From assembly GCA_016218025.1 (NCBI GenBank), contig JACRFD010000038.1:136874-200873 (forward strand): a stretch of DNA of 64,000 nt, given 5' to 3'. Position numbers and translations under genes: made by a program. Source of the DNA: Ignavibacteriales bacterium (GTDB lineage: Bacteria > Bacteroidota > Ignavibacteria > UBA10030 > SZUA-254). The notes beneath the pieces are model-generated. The model did not search any database. It was given only the letters and a program-made list of their open reading frames with translations, and was not told the origin of the DNA. How positions within the stretch are numbered: the first letter of the stretch is position 1; every line of letters begins with the position of its first letter. Below are positions 46,159 to 55,395 of this stretch, one piece after another.

Positions 46159-49074
46159 TCAATGTGCCTCTAACCAGTTTTTGCCAACACCAACTTCAAC
46201 TTCAATCGGGACGCAAAGTGGAAGTGCATTTTTCATTTCTTCAACAATCAAGCTCTTAGCTCTTGGCTCTTGGTTTTTAAGCACTTCGAATACAAGTTCG
46301 TCATGTACCTGTAATAGCATTTTGGCATTTATATTTTTTTGCGCCGAAGGCGCATCCCTGCCCGTCCGGCAGGCGGGCGCCTCTGGCGGAAATTTTGAAT
46401 TGATTCTTATCATCGCCAGCTTAATCATGTCGGCAGCGGTACCTTGAATCGGCATATTGATTGCTTGCCGCTCTGCATTCCCTCTGATGTTTTGATTACG
46501 GCTATTTATGTCAGGCAAATAACGCCTCCTGCCAAGCAATGTACTTACGTATCCATCTCTCTTCGCTTGTGCGATCGTATCGAAAATATATTGATTCACC
46601 TTTGGGAATCTTTTAAAATACGTGTCAATAATTTCTTTCGCTTCAATCTGCTTGATCTCAAGTCGTGTGGCTAAACCATAAGCGCCAATGCCGTAGATAA
46701 TTCCGAAATTAACCTCTTTTGCTTTACGCCTCATATCTTTTGTTATATCTTCATGTTTAACGCCGAATACTTTGGCGGCGGTTGTTGAATGAATATCTTC
46801 ACCGTTTTTAAAAGCTTCAATCAAACCGGCATCTCCGGAAATATGTGCCATAATTCTGAGTTCAATTTGTGAGTAGTCTGCAGATAAAATAACCATTTGC
46901 TTCTCGCTCGGAATAAATGCACGCCTCATCCTGCTGCCTATTTCGGTACGAATAGGAATATTTTGCAGATTCGGATCACTGCTCGATAATCTTCCCGTCA
47001 AAGCTACGGTTTGATTGTATGAGGTATGTACTTTTCCCGTGTGTGGATTAATCAATGAGGGGAGTGCGTCAACATATGTATTTTTTAATTTCTGCAACTG
47101 TCTATACTCGAGCAAATTTTCTATAATCGGATGTTCATGCTGGATCGTTTCAAGTACACCAACATCGGTTGAAAATCCTGTTTTGGTTTTCCGCACTGTT
47201 CTAAGTTTTAACTTCTCAAATAATATCTTACCGAGCTGTTGAGTTGAATTTATGTTAAACTGCTCGCCGGCATGCTTATAGATTTTGGTTGTTAAATTGT
47301 CAATAGTAAGCTCAAGTTCTTTAGACAGATTGGAAAGGAATTCGGTATCGAGTTTTATGCCGGTCAATTCCATTTTGGAAAGAACTCTAATAAGTGGAAA
47401 TTCCAGATCGTTGCAAAGTGACAACAGTTTATCTTGTTCAAGTTTCTCTTTTAGCTTATTGAAAAGTCTAAAAGTAAAATCGGCATCTTCACAAGAGTAA
47501 TCTGCAACTTGCTCTACAGGGATCCCGCGTATATCCTTTCTTTCTTTTCCTGTTCCGGTTAATTCATCGAAGGAAATCATCTTGTAATGAAGATGTTCAC
47601 TTGCCATAGAATCAAGATTATGGCGGCCGTCGGGACGGAGTATGTAATTTGCGACCATTGTATCAAACATCTCACCTTCAACATGTATACCATGCGATGA
47701 GAGCACCAATATATCATATTTAATATTCTGCCCGATTTTTTTTATTTTTGGATCGGAGAAAATGGGGGAGAGAGAATCTCTCACATAAGAAAGCGGTAAT
47801 CCGACTTTATCGTAGATATGAGATGTTGGATTTGAGATATTAGATGTTGGTTCAGTTGGAGAGGAAAATAAATCGCTTTGTTCTCGGCAGTCAACTCTAT
47901 GCTCACTGCTCTTAGCATTTGGCTCTTTGCTATTAGAGGTACTATCTGATCTTACCGGAATATACCACGCTTCTCCGGCTTTGACCGAGAATGCAATCCC
48001 CACTAATTCTGCTAATAGAGGATTAGTAGAAGTAGTTTCAGTATCGAAAACAACAGCATCGTTTGATTTTAAAATTTTAGTCAGCTTTGTGAGTTCTTTT
48101 TCTGTTTGAACAAGATGGTAAAAATGTTTATCGGTTGATATATCTTGAATATCTGCCGATGGCGTTACGATCTCTGTTTTTATTTCTGATTGAACAATAG
48201 CTCCGGATATTTTTCTCGTTAATCCCTTAAATTCAAGTTCAGTGAAAAGTTGTACAAGTTTTTCTTTATGAAATGGTTTTGCTTCAAGATGGTGTATATC
48301 AACATCTATAGGTACATTACAATCTATCGTTACCAATTCTTTTGAAAGAATGGCTTTGTCTTTATGTTCTATTAATTTTGCTTGTAATCCTTTTTGCGGA
48401 ATATTGTTTATGTTTTTATAAAGACTTTCAATCGTTTTATATTGTTGGATAAGAGGGATGGCGGTTTTTTCTCCAACGCCGGGAATGCCGGGAACGTTAT
48501 CCGATTTATCTCCCGTTAAACCAAGCACGTCTATTACATGTTCAGGCGAAACGCCGAATTTTTCTTTCACTCCTTTTTCATCAACAACTTCCCAATCGTC
48601 TCCTTGTTTGCCCGGCTTGTACATTTTTATGAAAGGGGAGATTAGTTGCATAAAATCTTTGTCGCCTGTAACTAAAAAAGTATTGACCTTTTGCCGTTCA
48701 GCTTTTCGTGCCAGTGTTCCCATTATATCATCTGCTTCATATCCGGGCATCTCTAAGCTTGGAACGTTGAATGCCCTGACGACCTCTTTCAGCTTTTCCA
48801 ATTGGGACGACATATCTTCCGGCATTTTCTGGCGGGTAGCTTTGTACGGTTCATACATTTTATGTCGGAAGGTCGGTTCTTTAGTGTCAAATACCACGGC
48901 AATATGTTCCGGTTTTTCTTCATTTAAAATTTTCATCAGTGTATTGACGAAACCGAAAATAGCGCTCGTATTTTCCCCTTTAGAGTTTATAAGCGGCCTG
49001 CTGATGAAGGAGAAATAAGCCCGGTAGGCGAGAGCCATACCGTCGAGTAAAAATAACCGTTCGCGTGATGCCAT
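46159..49074 (-). CDS. polA: DNA polymerase I with two repeat-derived in-frame insertions
   Basis: 5'-3' exonuclease (LLDG, YEADD, PGVGEKTA), 3'-5' exonuclease (DTET, NIKYD, YSCED), polymerase (DYSQIELR, QVHDEL). Confidence 0.98.
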   Translation of the reverse strand: MASRERLFLLDGMALAYRAYFSFISRPLINSKGENTSAIFGFVNTLMKILNEEKPEHIAVVFDTKEPTFRHKMYEPYKATRQKMPEDMSSQLEKLKEVVRAFNVPSLEMPGYEADDIMGTLARKAERQKVNTFLVTGDKDFMQLISPFIKMYKPGKQGDDWEVVDEKGVKEKFGVSPEHVIDVLGLTGDKSDNVPGIPGVGEKTAIPLIQQYKTIESLYKNINNIPQKGLQAKLIEHKDKAILSKELVTIDCNVPIDVDIHHLEAKPFHKEKLVQLFTELEFKGLTRKISGAIVQSEIKTEIVTPSADIQDISTDKHFYHLVQTEKELTKLTKILKSNDAVVFDTETTSTNPLLAELVGIAFSVKAGEAWYIPVRSDSTSNSKEPNAKSSEHRVDCREQSDLFSSPTEPTSNISNPTSHIYDKVGLPLSYVRDSLSPIFSDPKIKKIGQNIKYDILVLSSHGIHVEGEMFDTMVANYILRPDGRHNLDSMASEHLHYKMISFDELTGTGKERKDIRGIPVEQVADYSCEDADFTFRLFNKLKEKLEQDKLLSLCNDLEFPLIRVLSKMELTGIKLDTEFLSNLSKELELTIDNLTTKIYKHAGEQFNINSTQQLGKILFEKLKLRTVRKTKTGFSTDVGVLETIQHEHPIIENLLEYRQLQKLKNTYVDALPSLINPHTGKVHTSYNQTVALTGRLSSSDPNLQNIPIRTEIGSRMRRAFIPSEKQMVILSADYSQIELRIMAHISGDAGLIEAFKNGEDIHSTTAAKVFGVKHEDITKDMRRKAKEVNFGIIYGIGAYGLATRLEIKQIEAKEIIDTYFKRFPKVNQYIFDTIAQAKRDGYVSTLLGRRRYLPDINSRNQNIRGNAERQAINMPIQGTAADMIKLAMIRINSKFPPEAPACRTGRDAPSAQKNINAKMLLQVHDELVFEVLKNQEPRAKSLIVEEMKNALPLCVPIEVEVGVGKNWLEAH
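46340..46390. mobile_element. Nested miniature palindromic insertion (30-nt double hairpin containing a 21-nt CCTG...CAGGCGGG element), in frame in polA
   Basis: TGCGCCGAAGGCGCATC[CCTGCCCGTCCGGCAGGCGGG]CGCCTCTGGCGGA; removal restores NSKLKNINAKMLLQVHDE. Confidence 0.8.
47813..47850. repeat. Degenerate heptamer tract inside polA
   Basis: TAGATAT GAGATGT TGGATTT GAGATAT TAGATGT TGG. Confidence 0.75.
47894..47935. repeat. Second degenerate heptamer tract inside polA
   Basis: ACTCTAT GCTCACT GCTCTTA GCATTTG GCTCTTT GCTATTA. Confidence 0.7.
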
Positions 49075-49154
49075 TAGAGAATTATTTAGAAAAAATGTGA
49101 AAATATTGGGCTTTCTTCAAGATACCATTTCCAAATAATGATTACAAATAACAG

Positions 49155-49183
49155 TTGACTTTATATAAAAATTGGATTATAAT
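49155..49183 (+). promoter_or_regulatory. Near-consensus sigma70 promoter
   Basis: TTGACT-17 nt-TATAAT. Confidence 0.7.
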
Positions 49184-49579
49184 ATCAATGTCACATGTCG
49201 TAAACGGAAACTCTGGATCAGAATATTTACGGACTATTTATTTTGAAAATAATTATTTTTTAATTGGTGAAAAACCCCGATTCGATTTTAATTAATGGTA
49301 GTAACATGAAATTATTTCTTTAATAGCAAATAATTGTCTGTAAAGACTAATATGATGTTCTAGTTAAAATTAGTTGTTTCTACTTATAGTAGAATTATTA
49401 GAGTTCCAACTCGAAGCAACACTAAGCATTATTACTTTACTGAAAGCAATCTTGCTTCCCACTGGAAGGGATTTTACCTGACAGATGGTTTTATGATCAT
49501 TATTATTATCTATTTACAAAATTCTTTTATTAGTGAATAACCCAAAAATCTAAAATCATAATAAATAAGGGATACTGTT

Positions 49580-52500
49580 ATGAAATCATTTTGTTATTTA
49601 TTAACTCTTACGATATCTTGCTTCTTTCTGTCTGGGATTTTATTAGCTGCACGATTGAATAATGTTCCTCAGCAATTAATTCAGCCGAATGGTGATACAT
49701 TACGATGTTTTGCAAGTGGGGATGAATATCACAATTGGTTGCATGATCAGAACAATTACACAATCATCCAGGACCCAGTAACTGGATATTATACTTATGC
49801 GATAAAGAAAAATGGAATATTGTCAGTTTCAAATTATATAGCAGGCAAAGTTGATCCAGCCACTGTTGGATTAATTAAAGGTATAAATATTGCTCCAGAT
49901 CAAATGTCAAAAAAACGACAAAGATTTCTGAATATGACACCCTCAATAGTTGCTGCACCGAGAACAGGAGCGCTGAAGAACTTAGTTGTGTTTATTCGTT
50001 TTAGTGATGAGACCGAGTTTACAGACTTAGTCTCTACTTATGATAACATGTTTAATAGCGCAACTGCCGGTGCAAATTCAATGTATAGGTATTTTAAGGA
50101 AGCGTCTTATGATGCTCTAACTGTTACCTCCACCGTTTATCCAATTCCTCCGGGCAGTACAGTTCTATCGTATCAAGATTCATATACTCGTGCGTATTAT
50201 CAACCTTATAATGCGGTTACAAACCCAATTGGGTATCAGGGGGGGGATAATGGTACTGAGCGTACAGATCGTGAGCATATTCTCTTGAGTAACGCAATCA
50301 ATGCGATAAACTCTCAAATCCCTCCGGACCTTAATATTGATGGTGATAATGACGGTCGGGTTGATAATGTATGTTTTGTAGTCAAAGGAAGTCCAACAGG
50401 TTGGGCCTCTTTGTTATGGCCCCATATGTGGGCTCTTTACACTCAGAATGCGTACATCAATGGTAAGCAGGTATATACATATAACTTTCAATTACAAACT
50501 TCTCTTTTACCAAGTAACGTGGGGGTTTTATGCCATGAAATGTTTCATTCGCTTGGTTCACCGGATTTATACCATTACAGTTATGACGGATTACAACCTA
50601 CCTATGAATGGGATGTAATGGAGATGAATATGGATCCTCCACAACACATGGGAGCTTATATGAAAATGAAATATGGAACATGGATAAGTTCTATTCCTGA
50701 AATTACAACAAGCGGCACATATACACTTAATCCATTAACCAGTGCATCTAATAATTGCTATAAAATCGCCTCTCCAAATTCAACTACAGAATTTTTTGTT
50801 CTTGAGTATCGAAAAAAAGAAGGAACTTTTGAATCTTCACTTCCTGGTGAAGGTTTACTTGTATATCGAATCAATTCTACTCTGGTGGGAAATGCGGGCG
50901 GTCCCCCAGATGAAGTGTATATTTATCGTCCAGGTGGTACAACTACTACAAATGGCTCACCATGGTATGCTGCCTATAGTTCAAATACGGGGCGGACAGC
51001 AATTAATGATGCAACAAATCCATCGAGCTTTCTGACATCCGGTCTACCAGGTGGATTAAATATTTCAAATGTCACATCAATTGGAAGTACTATATCTTTC
51101 ACCGTTGCACCTCCTGAACCACCGACTTATGATGGAGAGATTTTAATTTGGAATCCAGATCCCACACCATCTAGTGGTACCAACATGGCGTTATTACTCA
51201 CTGCGGCTGGGAAAGATGTTGATATTGCTTACAATCTTAGTGCTGTTCCAAATCTAAGTGGTTACAATGCTATTTTTGTATTCTTAGGTATATTCCCAAA
51301 TAATTATGCACTGCAAGAGACTGACGCTTCACGAATTGTATCGTATCTTAATGGTGGCGGAAAGTTGTTTATGGAGGGTGGCGATACCTGGGCGTTTGAT
51401 CCGCCAACTTCGCTTCATCCATATTTTGCGATACAAGGTTTAAGTGATGGTGCGGGGGATCTCACAAATATCAATGGTGTTTCAGGTACATTTACCGAGA
51501 ATATGAATTTTAGCTATTCAGGAGAGAATAGTTATATAGACCGTCTTGGTCCTTTAGGTCCAGCATTTCCAATATTTGTGAATCCAAGCATTGGTTACAA
51601 TACTGCGATTGCCTATGACCAAGGTACATATAGAACAATTGGAACATCATTTGAGTTTGGAGGATTAAATGATGGGGCGTCACCAAGCACGAAAACTGAA
51701 TTGATGACGGCAATAATGGGTTTCTTTGGTATCACTGTTAATCCAATAATTCCTCCTCCAACAGGACTTTTGGCGTTAGATTCATTTGACGGCTTAGTGC
51801 CATTGTATTGGAGTGGACCATACTCCGCACCTTCTCCTTCACAGGTCATGGGTGATGATCCCAAGACTATTTTAAATAATGAAATATCTTCTGTGGGAAG
51901 AAAACCAGGAACAAATTCTACGAATTATATCAAACCAGATCTTTCAAAAATAGCTAGTGTGTATACCTACAATGTGTACCGATCCGAATTACCTGGTGGA
52001 CCTTACTCATTAATAGCATCTGGATTGACTCAAACATCGTATCAAGATTCTGGTGTAAATAACAATCAAAAGTATTATTATGTTGTAACAACTAATCTCA
52101 ACGGTGATAGTAGCATTTATTCAAACGAAGAAGTTGGGTATCCAAAAATTAATTCAGGTCCTGGCAGTTATCGCGCACACGTTTTTGGACCTTCAACAAA
52201 TCCATACCCTTATGGGATTGCAGTTGATGGAGATTATTTATGGTTGGCTGAGTATAATGAAATGAAAATATATAAAATCAATAAATCCACTGGTGCAGTA
52301 GTTAGTTCATTTTCTACCTCGGATGTCCCGACTGGGCTTGCATTTGATGGAACAAACTTATGGATTGCTGGATTAAACACGGACCAAATTTATAAAACCG
52401 ATGTTACTGGGACAATTCTTCAAACGATAAGTGTACCAACGGGACCCAATTCAGCATACATAACTGGAGTTGCCTATGAAAATGGTCATGTGTGGGTTTC

Positions 52501-55144
52501 TGACCGTGACAATAACAGAATACTTGATTTTGATGCAAGCACCGGTTCTCTCATTTCAGAATATCCAGAGCCAACGGAAGTTCAAAGCATGTCTTTAGGT
52601 CCGCGTGGATTAGCTTACAATCCTATGAATAATACTCTTGTCCAAGTTGTGACAGATTTCAATCGTAATCCAACTCGATGTTACGTTTATGAATTCAACT
52701 TAGCAACCAAAACATTTTCTGGGCGCAAATTTATTTTCGAACGAAACTACGATATTGCATCTGATTTATTTTGGTCTAATGGAAGAGGAATTGCCTATGA
52801 TCCATCGAATAACTCGTATTGGATAACGGATGTAAGTCAAAATATAATTTATCGAGTTGAGCCGTTCGGAGCTATTTCTACGACCTACACGATAACAATC
52901 AGCCCGACACCGGTAAATGGAATAATCGAATTGATCCCTGCCGGCGGAGTATATGATTCAAACGAAGTTGTGACCGTCATTCCGCACGCCACAACAAATT
53001 ACCACTTTGCTTCATGGGGCGGTGATCTTGCAGGATCAACAAATCCAGAACACTTAACAATGAATGGCAACAAAAACGTTACTGCGAACTTCGCGATTGA
53101 CACATACACAATCACAGCAAGCGCCGGTGCAAATGGAAGCATATCTCCATCCGGTGCAGTGACAGTCAATTACGGAGCCGATCAATCGTTTACAATTACA
53201 GCAAACGCACATTATCATGTTGCAGATGTTTTAGTGGATGGCGGTTCAATTGGTGCAGTAACAAGTCATACATTCACAGCCGTAGGTGCCAATCATACAA
53301 TAGCGGCAAGCTTCACTATTGATACTTACACAATTACAGCAAGTGCCGGAGCGAATGGAACTATCACACCGTCGGGTGCGGTATCGGTTAATTATGGATC
53401 CGATCAGTCGTTTACAATAGCGGCAGATGTCAATTATCGTATTGGCGATGTGTTGGTTAATGGAATCTCTGTAGGAGCAGTTCCGAGCTACACGTTCACT
53501 AATGTAACAGCGGATCAAACAATCGCGGCAAGCTTCGCACTTAATGTTTACACATTAACTGTAAACGTTGTCGGTAACGGCACGGTTATAAAAGATCCGG
53601 AACAGCCAAGCTACAATCATGGTACTCATGTAGAGTTGGAAGCAGTACCAGATCATGGTTGGACATTCAGCGCATGGAGCGGAGATGCGGCAGGATCAGT
53701 CAATCTGTTGGATGTAACAATGGATGGAATCAAGAACATCACAGCAACATTCATACTTGATCCTGTGTATCAGGCACAATACAGATCATTCGATCCGGAC
53801 AGCATAGCGAAATCGAAAGATCTAAAACTGAAACACAAATACATCGCTCGTAAGGCGAATGCATGTGAGTTTGAGTTTGAACTGATAGCACCGCAATCGG
53901 TAGCATTGACGTTGAAGTTCTCAATGTTGTCAACCGGAGTAGTGATGAATGGAACCAATACCGTTGGAAGTTGGACAAACGGCAAGACAGTAACCACAAC
54001 CGGAACAATCGATAGTCTCGATACATTGACAGTAATTGGCTGGGGCTTCAGCGGTAAACCTGTAAAGACGGGTTATGTATGGGCAACACCAAAGGCAACA
54101 AAAGGCACAGTAGTCACATACCTGAAGAACTATCCGCGCTTACCAATGCCAAACCGGCTTAATGTATTAAGTGAAACATTCATGCAGGCCGGTGCCGATA
54201 GCTTTATTATTGGTCAGATTAAAGACAGCGTAAAGAATTACGGCTGGCTACAACCTGCAAAGTGGACTGATCTCGATAAATCATTAGTTACGTCGAAGGG
54301 TATAGAGAATACTGCTGATGCCCATGGATTCGATTTCAAGAAGGGTACTATTAAGCCAATACTCAAAGCCAATAAATCATTACCGCCTGATAAGTTTGAC
54401 AACAGACTGTTGGCGAATATGATAGCGCTTAAACTAAACATTATGGCAAGCGCATTGGGTAAAACGCCTTCAGGTTTTGGTGAATTAACATGGAAATTAT
54501 TCAATCCACAGCCGGAACCCCCGCGTGATATGATGGTGAAAGAGATTGCAGCCTACACTGATCAATTAATGATGGGGTGGCTGAGAGACTCGAGCTATAT
54601 CAAGTCAGGTAAGACAGTTACGGTTAAGATACATGAATTCCCGAATCCGTATCATTTTGCTTATGTTGATTCAGTGATATCACTCATTAACAATGCATTC
54701 GAAGGTCAGTTAGATACATTGTATTTCGCAGATTCATTACAATTCACCGGAGTGAAGAAGCTGATCGACGTATCGTATTTGAAGGGTAACTCAAGTGTGG
54801 TACCGGCAAAGATAATACCGGATTACACGAAGTTGGAACAGATACCGGAAGCTTATAAGTTACATCAGAACTATCCGAATCCGTTCAACCCGACAACAAT
54901 GATACAGTTTGATATACCACAGGAAGCATTCGTAACATTGAAGGTATACAACCTGTTAGGTCAGGAAGTGGCAACATTGATAAACAATGAGCTATTGACT
55001 GAAGGAACACAGGAAGTAGAATTCAACGCATCGAGCTTCGCAAGTGGTGTATATTATTATAGGATTGTTGCTGAAAGTATTGATTGGGAAAACGAAAATG
55101 TAAACAGCGTTAATTCAGTAAAGAAAATGATATTAATGAAATAG
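49580..55144 (+). CDS. Secreted M6-family (immune inhibitor A-like) metalloprotease, multidomain, with T9SS-type CTD
   Basis: Signal peptide, QPNG..GDEY propeptide, CHEMFHSLGSPDLY, FN3-like, beta-propeller-like and InlB-B-type repeats, QNYPNPFNP CTD. Confidence 0.9.
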   Translation: MKSFCYLLTLTISCFFLSGILLAARLNNVPQQLIQPNGDTLRCFASGDEYHNWLHDQNNYTIIQDPVTGYYTYAIKKNGILSVSNYIAGKVDPATVGLIKGINIAPDQMSKKRQRFLNMTPSIVAAPRTGALKNLVVFIRFSDETEFTDLVSTYDNMFNSATAGANSMYRYFKEASYDALTVTSTVYPIPPGSTVLSYQDSYTRAYYQPYNAVTNPIGYQGGDNGTERTDREHILLSNAINAINSQIPPDLNIDGDNDGRVDNVCFVVKGSPTGWASLLWPHMWALYTQNAYINGKQVYTYNFQLQTSLLPSNVGVLCHEMFHSLGSPDLYHYSYDGLQPTYEWDVMEMNMDPPQHMGAYMKMKYGTWISSIPEITTSGTYTLNPLTSASNNCYKIASPNSTTEFFVLEYRKKEGTFESSLPGEGLLVYRINSTLVGNAGGPPDEVYIYRPGGTTTTNGSPWYAAYSSNTGRTAINDATNPSSFLTSGLPGGLNISNVTSIGSTISFTVAPPEPPTYDGEILIWNPDPTPSSGTNMALLLTAAGKDVDIAYNLSAVPNLSGYNAIFVFLGIFPNNYALQETDASRIVSYLNGGGKLFMEGGDTWAFDPPTSLHPYFAIQGLSDGAGDLTNINGVSGTFTENMNFSYSGENSYIDRLGPLGPAFPIFVNPSIGYNTAIAYDQGTYRTIGTSFEFGGLNDGASPSTKTELMTAIMGFFGITVNPIIPPPTGLLALDSFDGLVPLYWSGPYSAPSPSQVMGDDPKTILNNEISSVGRKPGTNSTNYIKPDLSKIASVYTYNVYRSELPGGPYSLIASGLTQTSYQDSGVNNNQKYYYVVTTNLNGDSSIYSNEEVGYPKINSGPGSYRAHVFGPSTNPYPYGIAVDGDYLWLAEYNEMKIYKINKSTGAVVSSFSTSDVPTGLAFDGTNLWIAGLNTDQIYKTDVTGTILQTISVPTGPNSAYITGVAYENGHVWVSDRDNNRILDFDASTGSLISEYPEPTEVQSMSLGPRGLAYNPMNNTLVQVVTDFNRNPTRCYVYEFNLATKTFSGRKFIFERNYDIASDLFWSNGRGIAYDPSNNSYWITDVSQNIIYRVEPFGAISTTYTITISPTPVNGIIELIPAGGVYDSNEVVTVIPHATTNYHFASWGGDLAGSTNPEHLTMNGNKNVTANFAIDTYTITASAGANGSISPSGAVTVNYGADQSFTITANAHYHVADVLVDGGSIGAVTSHTFTAVGANHTIAASFTIDTYTITASAGANGTITPSGAVSVNYGSDQSFTIAADVNYRIGDVLVNGISVGAVPSYTFTNVTADQTIAASFALNVYTLTVNVVGNGTVIKDPEQPSYNHGTHVELEAVPDHGWTFSAWSGDAAGSVNLLDVTMDGIKNITATFILDPVYQAQYRSFDPDSIAKSKDLKLKHKYIARKANACEFEFELIAPQSVALTLKFSMLSTGVVMNGTNTVGSWTNGKTVTTTGTIDSLDTLTVIGWGFSGKPVKTGYVWATPKATKGTVVTYLKNYPRLPMPNRLNVLSETFMQAGADSFIIGQIKDSVKNYGWLQPAKWTDLDKSLVTSKGIENTADAHGFDFKKGTIKPILKANKSLPPDKFDNRLLANMIALKLNIMASALGKTPSGFGELTWKLFNPQPEPPRDMMVKEIAAYTDQLMMGWLRDSSYIKSGKTVTVKIHEFPNPYHFAYVDSVISLINNAFEGQLDTLYFADSLQFTGVKKLIDVSYLKGNSSVVPAKIIPDYTKLEQIPEAYKLHQNYPNPFNPTTMIQFDIPQEAFVTLKVYNLLGQEVATLINNELLTEGTQEVEFNASSFASGVYYYRIVAESIDWENENVNSVNSVKKMILMK
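53096..53539 (+). repeat. Tandem 222-bp (74-aa) InlB B-like repeat pair within the protease gene
   Basis: IDTYTITASAGANG.I.PSGAV.VNYG.DQSFTI...TIAASF twice. Confidence 0.85.
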
Positions 55145-55164
55145 TATCAATCACGCTAATAAAT

Positions 55165-55210
55165 CTCCGATTTCTATCCATATATTAGTTAGATATGATA
55201 GAAATCGGAG
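55165..55210. terminator. Long stem-loop after the protease gene
   Basis: Perfect 14-bp arms CTCCGATTTCTATC / GATAGAAATCGGAG. Confidence 0.65.
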
Positions 55211-55395
55211 GTTATTAAAAAGCTTTTTCGGTGTAGTTATTATCCTACCAAAAAGATGTAGCTTTTAAAATATTTTTGGTATATTATCCCTACCATTTTG
55301 AATATTAATTTTCAATAACCATTAATTAATTTAATCACAGGTGTCATATGAATTTTGTTAAATTTATTAACTTTTCTTTTTGGAGATCTAAGTGT

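Noticed and set aside
46340..47935. Inteins or introns in polA
   Set aside because: The insertions are only 17 and about 45 aa, lack intein terminal residues and are explained by DNA repeats.
53096..53539. Diversity-generating retroelement TR/VR pair
   Set aside because: Both copies are in-frame domain repeats, differences are not adenine-specific, and no reverse transcriptase is present.
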